From assembly GCF_006345805.1 (NCBI RefSeq), contig NC_042999.1, forward strand, positions 3,720,001 through 3,784,000: a DNA stretch of 64,000 nt. The letters are read 5' to 3'. Below the pieces are notes generated by a model that made no database searches, was not told where the DNA came from, and saw nothing but the letters and a program-made list of their open reading frames with translations. How positions within the stretch are numbered: position 1 is the stretch's first letter; every line of letters starts with the position of its first letter. The position numbers were made by a program, and so were the translations under genes. Of this stretch, positions 23,325 to 37,500 are shown piece by piece. Source of the DNA: Octopus sinensis (Eukaryota).

Positions 23325-23695
23325 GAATTGTTAGCATGCTGGGTGAAATGCTCAGCGGTATTTCATCTGCCACTACAGTTCAAATTCCACCGAGGTCGAC
23401 TTTGCCTTTCATCCTTTTGGGGTCGATTAAATAAGTACCAGTTATGCACTGGGGTCTATATAATCGACTTAATCCGTTTGTCTGTCCTTGTTTGTTCTCT
23501 CTATGTTTAGCCCCTTGTGGGTAGTAAAGAAATAGGTATTTCATCTGCCACTACAGTTCAAATTCCACCGAGATCGACTTTTCCTTTCATCCTTTTGCGG
23601 TTGATTAAATATGTACCAATTACACACTGGGGTCGATGTAATCAACTTAATCCCTTCCCCCAAATTTGAGGCCTTGTGCTTCCGGTAGAAACGGT
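23325..23695 (+). mobile_element. SINE family B, partial tandem duplication
   Basis: gtatttcatctgccactacagttcaaattccaccgag occurs at ~23359 and ~23536. Confidence 0.75.
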
Positions 23696-24189
23696 TATTT
23701 AGTGACTACGTTATCTTTAGGCAACATTATCAGAATGAAAATTCTTTTAAGACGATGGAAGGAGATTAAGCTCTCATCCATTTATCAGCTATTTGCCATG
23801 AGTTGATGACAACAAAAACATAGTAGTGGTGCACCACCCTGATTGCTGATCATGGTAACACAAAACATTACAGCCAAAAGGATAAGTTTTACATCCTGCT
23901 TAGCAATTAACTTGGCCAAAATATTATCAACTGTACAGCTGATCTGAAAGATAAATTTAAAACACAGTATATGCATAACATATCTGCATTGTACTTACGT
24001 GCACAGAATTATATATTTTCCCCAACAAAACCACTTGAACCCTTCAGCATTCAAATTACCCTCTCAAATATAATGCTTATTTATTCACATTGTTTTGGAT
24101 AAATAATGCATTATCTCATTGCTTTGAGATTTCAATGATACAAAATGTTTATTTTTAAAATGACATTGTGGGATAGGTGAGACAGGCCA

Positions 24190-24540
24190 TCATCATCATC
24201 ATCATCATCGTTTAATGTCCACTTTCCATGCTAGCATGGGTTGGACGATTTGAACCAGATGGCTGCACCAGGCTCCAATCTGATCTGGTAGAGTTTTTAC
24301 GCCAACCATTCTGAGAGTGTAATGGGTGCTTTTATGTGCCACCGGCATGAGGGCCAGTCAGGTGGTACTGGCAACGGCCACGTTCAAATGGTGCTTTTTA
24401 TGTGCCACCTGCACAGGAGCCAGTCCAGCAGCACTGGCAACGACCTCACTCAAATGTTTATTCACATGCCACCAGCATAAGTGCCAGTAAGGTGATGCAG
24501 GTAACGCTCACACTCGAATGGTGCTTTTTACGTGCCACCG
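24190..24540 (-). mobile_element. family C element
   Basis: (CAT)n, core and tandem units; lies within a piggyBac-type MITE remnant ~24043-24617. Confidence 0.7.
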
Positions 24541-24689
24541 TTGGGGTTGATTAAATTTTGAAGATAAAATAGGTAAAATATTTTGGCTGGATATGGACAG
24601 TTTAAATGTTAAAGGGTTACAATATCTTTCCATTAGTGTATGATGAAATATGATTTGTTTTTGTTTTCCCAAAGTATACTTGTAAAACA

Positions 24690-25440
24690 GGGGTTGCATC
24701 TTTTCCAAGAGTGCATCTTGTACACCAGCAAATACAGTATATATCAGATGGACTGTATCTGTAACTCAAGTGATACAGCTTCGTTACTCACTATCATATT
24801 GATTGCACCCCAGAATTAAGATAAGAGTACACATATCTGTGGAATGCTCAGCCGGTTGCTTGTTAATTTAGGAGCAGGTAATTCAGTTGATCAAACAAGT
24901 GTAACCTCTTCATTGAACGATGGAAATCCACCACATTTATCAATATCTTAATCAATTGTCTTGGTTCCTGTTTATTTTCTGTTGCAGTCAATTTTCTGAC
25001 AGACCAAGCATTAGAGGAGATGAATAAAATAATCTTTACTTCTGTTCTGCCCATTAAATGTAGCCTCACGGGAGGTACTAAATTATTTCAGATTCAATCG
25101 CAATTCAGATGGGATAGTCATGTCGTCCAAATGAGTGACAAGAGAATATCTAAAGTTCTCATAATAGTGCATGGAATGCAGATAGGCCACTGCTGCAGTT
25201 CAAGGATTTCTAAAACTGTCTGCTGCCATTGATCACTTGAAACAGAAGACGAGTTGTCACTAAGGCAACAAAAAAATTTGAAGCAAATCATCGAAGTCAA
25301 CTGCAAGAAATTAAAGTGAATTTCAAATCTAAACCCAACACACAAGGCATGATGTCTGACAGCTCCATCTGCTGCCCGAATTGTGAACTGGTGTGTGAAT
25401 CTCTTGATTCGCTAACATTTTACAAGAGACTTCAAGCATA
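24690..25440 (+). mobile_element. decayed RTE LINE 3' coding region
   Basis: QSQFRWDSHVVQMSDKRISK resembles RTE LRWAGHVVRM.D.R.PK; later ICCPNCELVCES resembles the terminal Cys knuckle. Confidence 0.5.
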
Positions 25441-25904
25441 AGAATTGAAGTCATTTCTTTTTTAACTGGACACTTGACCTCTCAGATGTTGAAACTGACA
25501 GGAGAGTCCATTACATGTTCTTCTCTTCCTTCATATATATTGCTGATAGCATAAGGTTTTTATAAACTTTTGAGAGAAGATGAACTAATTACTTTTGGAA
25601 TATCTTGAAGCCCACACATAAAGCTATAAATTATAACAGCCATTGAGTTTTTTTCATCGAAAAGGAGGTTTTCCAACACAATATTTACATGCTATTATTT
25701 GTAGTTTTATGCTTGCGCTTTGAGACATTCCAAAAAAAAAATGTATATATGGCATCCAGCTGTAGAAATTATGCCAAATTAGATTGGTACCTGGTGCAGT
25801 TCTCCAATTTACCAATTTCAGTCAAGCTGTCCAACTCATGCCAGCATGGAAAGCAGATACTAAAGGATGATGATGATGATGATATATGTATATATACACA
25901 CATA

Positions 25905-26260
25905 CATATATCATCATTATCATCATCATTTAATGTCCATTGTCCATGCTGGCATGGGTTGGGATGGTTTGACCAGGGCTGGCATGCTGGAAGGCTGCGC
26001 CAGACTCCAGCCTCATTTGGTATGGTTTTCTATGGCTGGATACCTTCCCTAATGCCAACCACTCTGAGAATGTAATGGGTGCTCTTACGTGCCACCAGCA
26101 TGGGTGTCATTTGTGTATCACTGGGGTGCTTTTACATTCCACCGGCATGAGTACCAATTTACATGACACCAGTTTCTGCCATGACTGCGATTTTGCTGGG
26201 TTTGATGGGTCTTCTTCTCAAGCACAACATAATGCCAAAGGTCTTGGTCAATGCCTCATA
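25905..26260 (-). mobile_element. family C element (diverged)
   Basis: catcatcatttaatgtcc...atggctggataccttccctaatgccaaccac. Confidence 0.6.
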
Positions 26261-26277
26261 TATATATATACATATAT

Positions 26278-26610
26278 ATTCTTTTCAGTCATTTGGCTGT
26301 GGCCATGCTGGAGCACCGCCTTTAGTCAAGCAAATCAACACCAGGACTTATTCTTTGTAAGCCTAATACTTATTCTATAGGCCTCTTTTGCTGAACTGCT
26401 AAGCTACGTGGACGTAAACACACCAACATCGGTTGTCGAGTGGTGTGGTGGGGTGGGGGTGCAAACACAAACACACATGCAGATTTATACATATATATAT
26501 ATTTGTATATATATGACAGGCTTCTATCAGTTTCTGTCTACCAAATCCATTCACAAGGCTTTGGTTAGTCCAAGGCTATAGTAGAAGACACTAGCCCAAG
26601 ATGCCACACA
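26278..26610 (-). mobile_element. SINE family A, head truncated
   Basis: Tail and body match family A. Confidence 0.8.
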
Positions 26611-28998
26611 GAATATATAATTTCAATTTCTCTTTTGTTTCTTTTAATTTTTTTTTGTTTTGTTTTGTTTTATTTTTTGTCGAAATGTGTTGTTTTGAAC
26701 TAAATACTGTATCTTTGAAAGATGAAAAGCACACTTGCCTTTGATGGGATTTGAACTAAAATCATAAAGAACCAGACATTAGTGCTAGCTTTTTTGTCAG
26801 GTTATATAAGAAAATTTAACATTGAACTTGAGGATTATTCAATGCTTTTTAGTAAAGTTCATATTAAACTTTTACAAGGACAAGGTTGACAGTGACTCCA
26901 AAGTTTTGGCATGTAGAAATTTAATATCTATCTGTTTGTTTTTATGTCAAGTTATATATAAACAATTTAACATTAAACCGGTGGATTACTCAATACTTTC
27001 TAGTAGAGTAAAAGATTATTAAATTTTTACTTGTAAAAGTTTTTATACAAATATAATAGGAAAACTATCAACATGGCATAGTTATGAATAAATGTGTAAC
27101 CTACAAAGTTTTTAATAAACACATTGGTATATTTTTTTATTTTTACTTTTATTAAACCCTGTTCATAAATTGTACCATTCTATAAATTTCCTGAGACTTG
27201 TAATAGTTTCTTTAGTGTTGTTTACAACTATTACTGTTTGTTTGAATATTATATGAATAAAACAGAAATGTCTGACTGTTTCTCTTACTTTTCAATAACT
27301 GTGGTGATGCAAAAAGAATACACAACACAAAGCCAAGCAGAGACAAGGAACAAGACAACATAGGTTTGTCACGTTATGCTGTGCAAATAAGAAAATAAAA
27401 ATAATCAAGGTAGAATTGACAAGATTGAGAGAAAATATTAAACAAAGACAATAATGCAAGTTTTATTAAGAAAAATATTAAAATATTTCTGAAGAAATGT
27501 GTTAAATCATAGAAAAATATAAAAAGAAGAATCTAAAACTTCCTCCTTTTTTATCGAAATACTTCAAATTCAAAAAGAATTAAATGAAAGAGAAGCAATT
27601 GACATTTTGTATGGTAGCCCCATATTTGGACAAATCTCTAAACTGTGAAAGACCAAATTTGCAATGTTTTCAAGGAGTTGCTAAGCTACAAAGAAATTAA
27701 AATGGAAGGTGAATGTTTGTAATGCTTTGAGTAGATAAGAACTGGCAATAAATGATACAAGCATCGTACACAACAACTTTGAAGCGAAATGAGAAAAGAA
27801 AGAAAAACTGTTCTACACAAGAAGCACAAAAATATTCTACAGAAATGTGCAAAAAGTAAAAAACAGATTTCCATCATGAACGACTCAATTCGTTTTTGTT
27901 TTATTATAAAAATAAACCAAAATTATTAAAATAATTATGATAGGGATTTAACTAGAAGTAAATACATGAAAATGAAAAATTTAATATTTTGCACTAAAAT
28001 ACTTCAGAATCAAAGAGAATTAAGGGGAAGAGAAATATTTCACATTTTGGAGGATAGTCCAGATTCTATCACAACAGACACGCATACAAGATTATTTTTG
28101 CTGTATGTTTCTGAAGTTGTTAGTCAATGAAGACATATAAAAATGAAGAGAAAAAAAATATGGAAATGTTAGATTAAGAATGTATCAAACGGAATGAGAT
28201 CTGTGTGCTGAGAAGAAACAATGACTGACAGAAAGATGGATAACAATGTAGGAACAAGGAGAAGAAAGGAGCGAGTAAGGAAAGCGAAATGAAGTACCTG
28301 CACCTATAGGAGATGAAAAAAGATTCTGAAAACAATATATGAAAACATCAAAGAGACAAGATGAAACACATGAAAGTAATGTGTAAGTTACAAATATACA
28401 CACACACACACACACACATGGATATATTTAAGTGTGTGTATATTTGTGTGTAGGTCAGTATAAAACTGATGTATGTGTGTGTGTACATATACACACATAT
28501 GCATATATAAGCATCTATATGTACATATATGTATTGAGTGTGTGTGTGGGCATGCATGCATGTATCTATAGATGTTTAAAAGCAATGTATATATATATAT
28601 ATATAATATATATATATATATTTGAAAATAGAAATGATTAGCAGAAAAGGGCAAATTAATCATAGAATACCATTCCTCAGCCAGGGAAACCAGTACCCAT
28701 CTGGTTTCAGTGTGTCTAAAGTCCAAAGGCTAAGATATTCCTCCAGTTGTGCCAATAATTGTTCATATCACTGAGATGACAGACTTACTAATAAAACGGA
28801 CTAAATCAACATGGCATGGCCACCACAACCTACTGATTCTTCAGTATCTGTACGATGAAGCAAGGGGAGTGACTGTGTTTTTGTATGTATCCATAAAACA
28901 CTAGAGTTGGGTCACTAGATTTTAATTAACTGTTTGAGAGTGCAACGGTGTTTTTGTCTGTTCATCTCCTACAAAGTTGTCTTATCTTTTTATGATAA

Positions 28999-29231
28999 GG
29001 CGGCAAGCTGGCAGAAACGTTAGCACACCGGGTGAAATGCTTAGCGGCATTTCGTCTGCCATTACGTTCTGAGTTCAAATTCCGCCGAGGTCGACTTTGC
29101 CTTTCATCCTTTTGGGGTTGATAAATTAAGTACCAGTTATGCACTGGGGTCGATATAATTGACTTAATCCATTTGTCTGTCCTTGTTTGTCCCCTCTGTG
29201 TTTAGCCCCTTGTGGGTTGTAAAGAAATAGG
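28999..29231 (+). mobile_element. SINE family B
   Basis: Full-length copy. Confidence 0.85.
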
Positions 29232-29668
29232 TTTTCATATCTTTTTATGTCTTTATTTCATGAAATATCTTTATCAAAGCAGGAATAGTACCAGCGCATT
29301 GTATATGTATCAAAATTACTTTTTCTGTTTCTTTTTTATTCCTATGTACATGTTTTGTGTATAATTAATTATATGTAAGTCCATTATTTATACATAAAAA
29401 TGAACTGTATCCATTTCATGTCGTTCCAAACTATGAAACCCTGTATGCAACCAGCTGCAGGCAAATAATGAAATGCATTATCATCAAACCAAGAAAAACT
29501 GGTGTACATTTAAAAAATCACCAGGTGAGACACACCTGCACTGAAGGATGCGCAACAACAACCAGGTGTCCAGAATCTCATCCACGAAGGACCAATGCAA
29601 CATGGGGCAAAACAACAGTTGTGATTAAGAAAGAATCTCATGAATTCCATTTTTCTCTTCCTTTCATT

Positions 29669-29718
<50 letters not shown>

Positions 29719-29732
29719 TATAAATATAATTA

Positions 29733-29867
29733 TTTTTATAATTATGAGTATAATTATAACTTGGTTTCAGCAAAAAAATTTGCTTCACCACATACCAAAA
29801 TTTCAGCATGTGGTGAAGCAAATTTTTTGCTGAACCCTAATTATAATTATACTCATAATTATAAAAA
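29733..29867. repeat. long palindrome
   Basis: tttttataattatgagtataattataa..cagcaaaaaaatttgcttcaccacat [14-nt loop] atgtggtgaagcaaattttttgctg..ttataattatactcataattataaaaa. Confidence 0.9.
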
Positions 29868-29980
29868 TTATTGTTTAAGATTACCGATAATGTGGTTCTT
29901 TTAACATGCCGAAACTACTTGGTAAAATTATTAATTATTAATTAATTAATTAATTTTACCCTTTATTATATATATATAAG

Positions 29981-30011
<31 letters not shown>

Positions 30012-30290
30012 GAATATATATATGCATATTACATTTCTATATTTAAGAGATGAGGAATTATGTACGTTATGTGCTCAGGAAGCAAACTTCTTACCATGCA
30101 GCCACAACTGTGCTTGTTAGTGCTTTTTTTTTCTTTTCATAAGAAATGAATGATAGCATGTGGTGTAGCTGTTTTAAGAAATACATGATTCCATAATGCC
30201 TTAACCCTTTCATGACCAACCCGACTGAAACCGGCCCTGGCTCTGAGTACAAATGTCTTGTTTTCAGAAGTTTTGAATTAAAAACTTTCA

Positions 30291-30332
<42 letters not shown>

Positions 30333-30420
30333 AATGATATTATTTCTAAAAATAATATTGTTAGTGCCCGCAAGCATAAGGCTGTATAGGCAAATTAATA
30401 AAATATATATAATATATATA

Positions 30421-30614
30421 TAGGGTGGCCCAAAAGTAGGTTTACAGTTATCACATAGACACTTTAAATTTCTTTGAAAAAGGCGCTTGACAAAATTACC
30501 TAAATTAGCATAAAATAATGGTTTCATATTTTTTTAGAATTAAGATCTAAATATTAATATATGAATGCAAAAGAGATAGTTGAATAACTGTAAATCTACT
30601 TTTGGGTCACCCTG
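30421..30614. mobile_element. Tc1/mariner-type MITE
   Basis: ~30-bp TIRs (t)agggtggcccaaaagtaggtttacagttat / ataactgtaaatctacttttgggtcaccctg with TA flanks. Confidence 0.75.
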
Positions 30615-31816
30615 TATATATACTAAGGTACTACATAAGCACTTGCTTCACTAAAAATAGAAGTCAAAATACTTCTAAGCTTCAGAAGAATCACAAAACT
30701 AATACAGGTGAGATAGGAAAAAGTTTTAGGGAACAGGAATGGCGTCTTACCTCTGCCAAGGATGCAAGAGTTAAGTTGGTTAATTTGAAATGATTTTGAA
30801 TTTAGCGCCAAAGTTACCTGAATCTCCCCATTCAAATCTTCCAGGGACAGCTACCAGAATTCACTTCTATATATAATCATCATCAATGCCTGTGTACCCT
30901 ACTGGCATGGTTTGACAGGAGCTTATGAGCCAGGAGACTGCACCAAGCTCTACTCTCTGCTTTGGCATGTTTTTTATGGTTGGATGCCCTTCCTAACGCC
31001 AACCACTTTACAGAGCGGAGCAGGTGCTTCTTATGTGGCACCAGCACCAGTGAGGTCACCGAGTAACTTGCAAGATAAAAATCCTTTGAGAGGGGGATAG
31101 TATTGAAGGAGATGGCTTTGTACCATGTAATGAGTGGTCAGAGTATGACAGAGGGACAAAAACATGTGTCTTGTCGTAGAGGAAATACATGGTTACTCCA
31201 GCCAGAGTGAGAGAGGAAAGGCGAGAGTGAGAGGGTGGCAATGTGCCATGGCATACTCTCAAGGTGAAAGGATGTGAATATAAATGGAATGATAGAGGAT
31301 TACCTGGGGGTGAGTGAGTAGAGAGTTCACGAAGATGCAAAACTGGGGGGAATGCAGTGACTGCTAAGTCCCAGGTATATAGGTAGGGAACGACAGGATA
31401 GCAATGATACAGTTGTCTGGGTGGGAGTTCAAGAGTGGGGAAGGAGAGATTAGCATAGTGCATGAAGAAGGGAAGATGAGAGGAAGAGGAAATGTAGTTC
31501 GGTGCAGTGGGGTAGGGTGTTTGAAATTGATGTTATGTCTGGGTGGAACACACAGCACTTCCAGATATGTTTTGCTGAGGTGGTCAGATCTTATACTAAA
31601 TTGGCTGAATTATTTTAGGTCAGTGCCCAAGATAATTTCCAGAAATTTTAGTTCTGGCTGTACTTCCAGCTGGACATAGCTAGTTCCATTCAGATAAACT
31701 CTGTGAGTATAAAAGTGCTCACAGAGCAAGAAAACCATTTCATACACACTTCTCCTGCATCCAAGCATAACTCTTGATGAACTTTGCTTTTCGTTGTTTC
31801 AGAGTTTATACAATAT

Positions 31817-32227
31817 GCAGGCGCAGGAGTGGCTGTGTGGTAAGTAGCTTGCTAACCAACCACATGGTTCCGGGTTCAGTCCCACTGTGTGGCATTTTGG
31901 GCAAGTGTCTTCTGCTATAGCCCCAGGCCGACCAATGCCTTCTGAGTGGATTTGGTAGATGGAAACTGAAAGAAGCTTGTCGAATATATGTATGTATATA
32001 TATGTATGTGTGTCTGTGTTTGTTCCCCTAGCATTGCTTGACAACCGATGCTGGTGTGTTTACGTCCCTGTCACTTAGCGGTTCAGCAAAAAGAGACCAA
32101 TAGAATAAGTACTGGGCTTACAAAAAGAATAAGTCCCGGGGTTGAGTTGCTCGACTAAAGGCGGTGCTCCAGCATGGCCGCAGTCAAATGACTGAAACAA
32201 GTAAAAGAGTAAAAGAGTAAAGAGTAA
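31817..32227 (+). mobile_element. SINE family A
   Basis: Full-length copy with (gtaaaaga)n tail. Confidence 0.85.
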
Positions 32228-32263
32228 TACAGTACCAATTGTTCAATATAACTTTTCTCATAG

Positions 32264-32461
32264 GATGCATCCAGCTTCCATCTGAATCCATTGTGAAGAT
32301 CACCTCATGCTTTCCTTTGGGAAGGACTAGCAGTTTTTATCTGTCTGATGACTTTGACAAGAGAAGTTCTGTGATGGACCAAATTGAAAGGCCCAAAGAC
32401 AGACACCTTCTTCTTTGGCAAAATCTTCATCAGATTTTCCAAGTTGAACTTGGAAAGGAAA
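32264..32461 (+). CDS. possible internal coding exon of an unidentified gene
   Basis: cttttctcatAG acceptor, GTGAGC donor, 198 nt, phase 1-1, open frame CIQLPSES...HLLLWQNLHQIFQVELGKE; no recognisable homology. Confidence 0.2.
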
Positions 32462-33109
32462 GTGAGCAATTTCTAAATTGCTGTGTTCCGTACATAGAGC
32501 GACTGCATGACTTCATTTCTTGTGCTGGCATTTTATCCGTCATGGGGGACCTGAAAGAAATAAAAACCTTTTAACTGATTTGAAGAGTAGTATACCAATA
32601 AATAAATGTCCTCAAATACCTCTGCACTAAGTATGGGCGATACAGTGCAACGACCAGCATGGCGTTTGCTCATAGGGTTGTATGATCGGCACACAGGCAT
32701 GAGGTTGATACTGTTAAGAGAATTACATCTTATTAACGTATGCATATGCACAAACACACACACACACACACAGACATTTAAGCAGACAACACACTGAAGG
32801 AATGCACACAATCACACAGCTAAACAATCACTAATAACCCGACACACACACACACACACACACATTTCACAAACATACACAAATAAACAAACAAATGAAC
32901 AAACACACAGACATACAAGACCACATGCTGAAATGATTCACACAACTTCACACACAGAGCTATAATAAACACACACAGATATACACACATACAGGCACAC
33001 ACGCATGAGTTAAGGGTGTTTGTACATGGTCTTTCAAGTTGCTAGAAATAGCAGTCAAACCTTTAAATCTCATCCCAACATCTTAAAGGAAAAAGTCCAA
33101 TTAGATAAT

Positions 33110-33277
33110 GTAGGAGTGGCTGTGTGGTAAGTAGCTTGCTTACCAACCATATGGTTTTGGGTTCAGTCCCACTGCGTGGCACCTTGAGCAAGTGTCTTCC
33201 ACTATAGCCTCGGGCCAACCAAAGCTTTGTGAGTGACTTTGGTAGACGGGAACTGAAAGAATCCCGTCGTATATATG

Positions 33278-33308
<31 letters not shown>

Positions 33309-33508
33309 ATGTTTGTGTTTGTCTCCCCAACATCACTTGACAACTGATGCTGGTGTGTTTACGTCCCCGTAACTTAGCGGTTTGGCAAAGGAGACTGATA
33401 GAATAAGTACTAGGCTTACAAAGAATAAGTCCTGGAGTCAATTTGCTCGATTAAAGGCAGTGCTCCAGCATGGCCACACTCAAATGACTGAAAGAAGTAA
33501 AAGAGTAG
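33110..33508 (+). mobile_element. SINE family A
   Basis: Near full-length copy. Confidence 0.85.
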
Positions 33509-33899
33509 TTCTAGACGTACTCATAAAAAGAGGTGATGGTCAGTGTTGGAGTGCCTTTGATCATGGATTGACTCAAGGTTGACTTAGGCCTAAACAACAA
33601 CACACATTCAATTGAACAGCATACATACACATACATAACTGCACACTAACAAATAGCATACATACACACACATGAACACACGCAGTTGGCAAATAGCCAA
33701 AGGTCAACACACACACATTCATATTATTAACATCACATACATGCAACACTTACAACACCAACATATAGACATATACAAGCAAGACAGCTGGGTAATAGCA
33801 AATAGTATACGCAGAGACTCGTGCACTCACACACACAACTGCACTATAACCTATATCACATGCACACACACACACACAGAGCAAACGCATAAAGTAAAC

Positions 33900-34700
33900 A
33901 CACACATATTCCAAGTTATATATACACGTAGACATTATCTACGAGAGGGAACCCCACATTAGATCTATGTAACACATACATGCATACACACACACACATA
34001 CACACACACACACACAGCATGCAAAACAAAAAAGGTAAACATGCATTTTCCAAGTCATACATACACACACGTGAACATTATCTTCTAGAGAGAACACCAC
34101 ACCAGATCTATGTAACACATACACGCATGCATGCATACATACATACACACAAATTTTTCTTTGTATACTTGCATATACACACATGCATACAGACACACGT
34201 AGACTCATGCACACGACTACACAATAACCAATATCACACGTGCACACACACACACACACAACACGCAAACACACACATATTCCAAGTCATACATACACAC
34301 ACGTGGATATTATCTACTAGAGAGAACACTACACCAGATCTATGTAACACACACACGCATGCATGCGTACATACACACATGTACACACACACACACACAC
34401 ACATAAATCTTTCTTTGTATACATGCTTATACACAAAACACACACATGGACATTATTATTAGAGACATTATTATTATTATTATTAGAGAGAACACCACAC
34501 CAAATCTATGTAACACATAGACACATGCATGCATACATACACACACACATTTTTCTTTGTATACATGCATGTACACAATACACACACAAGGACATTATCT
34601 TCTAGAGAGAACACACCAGATCTATGTAGCATATACACGTGTGCATGCGTACATACACATTAACACAAATTTTTCTCTGTATACACACATGCATATATAC
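33900..34700. repeat. CA-rich minisatellite
   Basis: attatct(t)ctagagagaacaccacaccagatctatgtaacac recurs about 5 times at irregular spacing. Confidence 0.8.
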
Positions 34701-35029
34701 GCACACACATACATACAGACATACAACCAATAGGATTACACACTAAACACCCTTAAAAATACAAAGACACACACACACACACACGCTAGTAGACAGATAT
34801 CTGAACACATAGCTAAACGCATCTAAACACATACTGTCTGTCTGTACAGTGCTTTTGTCACTCGCCAGCCCACCAGATGTGCTCATACATAAGCCATCGT
34901 CTCCTCCTACTAAATCTCACCTCCAGTCTGCTTCAACCCCCCACACACAAACTTTGCCCCCACCACCGTCATCATCACCATCACCATCACTACTTTCCTG
35001 TCACACTGCAGAAACTTCCTTTTATCTCC

Positions 35030-35321
35030 TTGTTCTCTCTTTCTCTCTCTCTTTGTCCATCTCTTTCCAAGTTGTCAATGTTCTCTCTTTTATCCTTCAT
35101 AATGCAACAACACTTCTTGCCTTTCTCTCTCTCTCTCTCTCTGATTGTATCTCTATATTTCTCTCTCTCTCTCTCTTAACTATATTTCTCTCTCTCTCTC
35201 TCTCTTTACTATATTTCTCTCTCTCTCTCTTTACTATATTTCTCTCTCTCTCTTTCTCTTTCTCTTAACTATATTTCTCTCTCTCTCTCTCTCTTTACTA
35301 TATTCTCTCTCTCTCTTTACT

Positions 35322-35353
<32 letters not shown>

Positions 35354-35519
35354 TTACTGATACCTCTATATATCCGTCTGCCTGCATCTTGCTCTCTCTC
35401 ACTCTCTCCTTCTCTCTCTCACTCTCTCCTTCTCTCTCTCACAAATTCTCTCTCCATTTCTCTATTTGTTTAAAACCATTCCATACCTCTGCTAATATCA
35501 CCTACTCATACTTCTCTCT

Positions 35520-35553
<34 letters not shown>

Positions 35554-35660
35554 ACCTCTTGCTTACCTCATCTCTTTCCCTCTCTCTGATTGTATATATT
35601 TCCATACGCTCCCTGCTCTATCTCCTCCTCCTCCTCTCTCTCTCTCTCTCACACACACTC
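35030..35660. repeat. (CT)n-rich low-complexity tract
   Basis: (CT)n punctuated by ttactatattt. Confidence 0.9.
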
Positions 35661-36356
35661 TCTTCCCCTCTATTTCATTCGACATTCTCATCACTTCTCT
35701 CTTTGTTTCTCTAGTTCTTTAATATTCCATACCTCTCCCCACATCACCTGCTTATTTGTCTCTCTCTATCTCTCTCACTATGTCCCTCTCACACACATTC
35801 TCTCTCTCTCTCATATACTTGTATTCATTTCATCAACCCTCTCCCTCTCCCCCTACTTCCTCTATGTTGACACTGTTCTCTTCTTTCAATCACCATACTC
35901 CAATATTTTATACCGTACTAAACACCTTGCTATCATGCTCAAGCAAGCTTCTAATAATCTATCTTCATGATTGTGTGTAAAATAAGCATAAATATGTGTT
36001 TTATGCATGCATGTTTGTGTGCGTGTGTGTGCATATGTATGCACGTGTATGTTTCCATGCATGTATTATGGCATAAATATTTGTGCGTGTATGCATTCTT
36101 CACGCACATTTTACTATTTTGCGTATTGCAGTGTTTACAGATTTCTGTTGCTACTATTTCACTTTGACTCTTGCAACTTGTTCCATTCCTCACCGTCACA
36201 CACACACACACACACACTTCCATTTCCACTTTCAGTTTCACTTTCATTCCCTTCTCTTACTACAACAACATCTGTACTCAACTAAAGCTATCATTAGATC
36301 TAGTTGAGTGCGTGGGGGGGGGGCTCATACATAGTTTCTCAACCTGCTCAATACAA

Positions 36357-36718
36357 ACATACCTATTTCTTTACTACCCCCAAGGGGCTAAACATAGAGT
36401 GGACAAACAAGGACAGACAAACAGATGAAGTCGATTACATTGACCCCAGTGCGTAACTGGTACTTAATTTATCGACCCCCGAAAGGATGAAAGGTAAAGT
36501 CGACGTTGGCGGAATTTGAACTCACAATGTAATGGCAGACGAAATACCTATTTCTTTACTACCCACAAGGAGATAAACACAAAGGGGACAAACAAGGACA
36601 GACAAACGGATTAAGTCGATTATATCGACCCCAGTGCGTAACTGGTACTTAATTTATCGACCCCCGAAAGGATGAAAGGCAAAGTCGACCTCAGCGGAAT
36701 TTGAACTCAGAACGTAGC
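36357..36718 (-). mobile_element. SINE family B, tandem pair
   Basis: cctatttctttactac...gtcgac repeated at ~36362 and ~36547. Confidence 0.8.
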
Positions 36719-36721
36719 AGA

Positions 36722-36924
36722 GCATCACCTTCAGTCGAACAAATTGACCCCAGGACTTTTTCTTTGTAAACACACAACTTATTCTAGTGGTCTCTCTTGC
36801 CAAATATTTATGAGGACATAAACACACCTACACTGGTTGTCAAACAAATGTGAGGGGGACAAATACAGACACACAAACACACACATATATACTCACACAC
36901 ACACACATACACACACACACACAC

Positions 36925-36974
<50 letters not shown>

Positions 36975-37268
36975 ACAGTCTTCTTTCAGTTTCTCTCTAC
37001 CAAATCCACTAGGCTATAGCTGAAGACACAAGCCCAAGGTGCCACGCAGTGGGACTGAATCCAGAACCATGTGCTTTGGAAGCGAGCTTCTTACCACACA
37101 GCCACACCAGACAATGCTAACTTCTGCCTACCAAATCCACTCACAAGGCTTTGGTTGACCCAAGGCTATAGCAGAAGACACTCGCCCAAGGTGCTACACA
37201 GTGGGACTGAACCCAGAACCATGTGGTTGAGAAGCAGATTTCCTAACCATGCAGCCATGCCTGTGCCT
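36722..37268 (-). mobile_element. SINE family A plus extra head
   Basis: Diverged full copy then a second 5' head at ~37125-37268. Confidence 0.7.
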
Positions 37269-37500
37269 ACCATACCATTTCAACAAAAACATAAATAAAT
37301 AAAGGACGCATTGGATAAAGTAGTTTGTGGTTGTTTATGCATGAAGCAAAAACAGGATGGTCATGGTTGGAAGCCCTTTGATTATAACTGCTTAATCAGT
37401 ACAAAGATGGGCTTAAACAACAACTTGTTCAATATAGGGATCAATATCAAAAGTACTGGGAGGGCAGCGAGATGGCAGAATCGTTAGCACACCAGGCAAA

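Noticed and set aside
23785-23976. Minus ORF ISCTVDNILAKL...KQDVKLILLAVMFC after a good acceptor
   Set aside because: No recognisable protein; could be a decayed RT fragment (KQG-like) or chance.
27486-27530. CUGAAGA...GAAA in AT-rich sequence
   Set aside because: No stem I or stem III; expected by chance.
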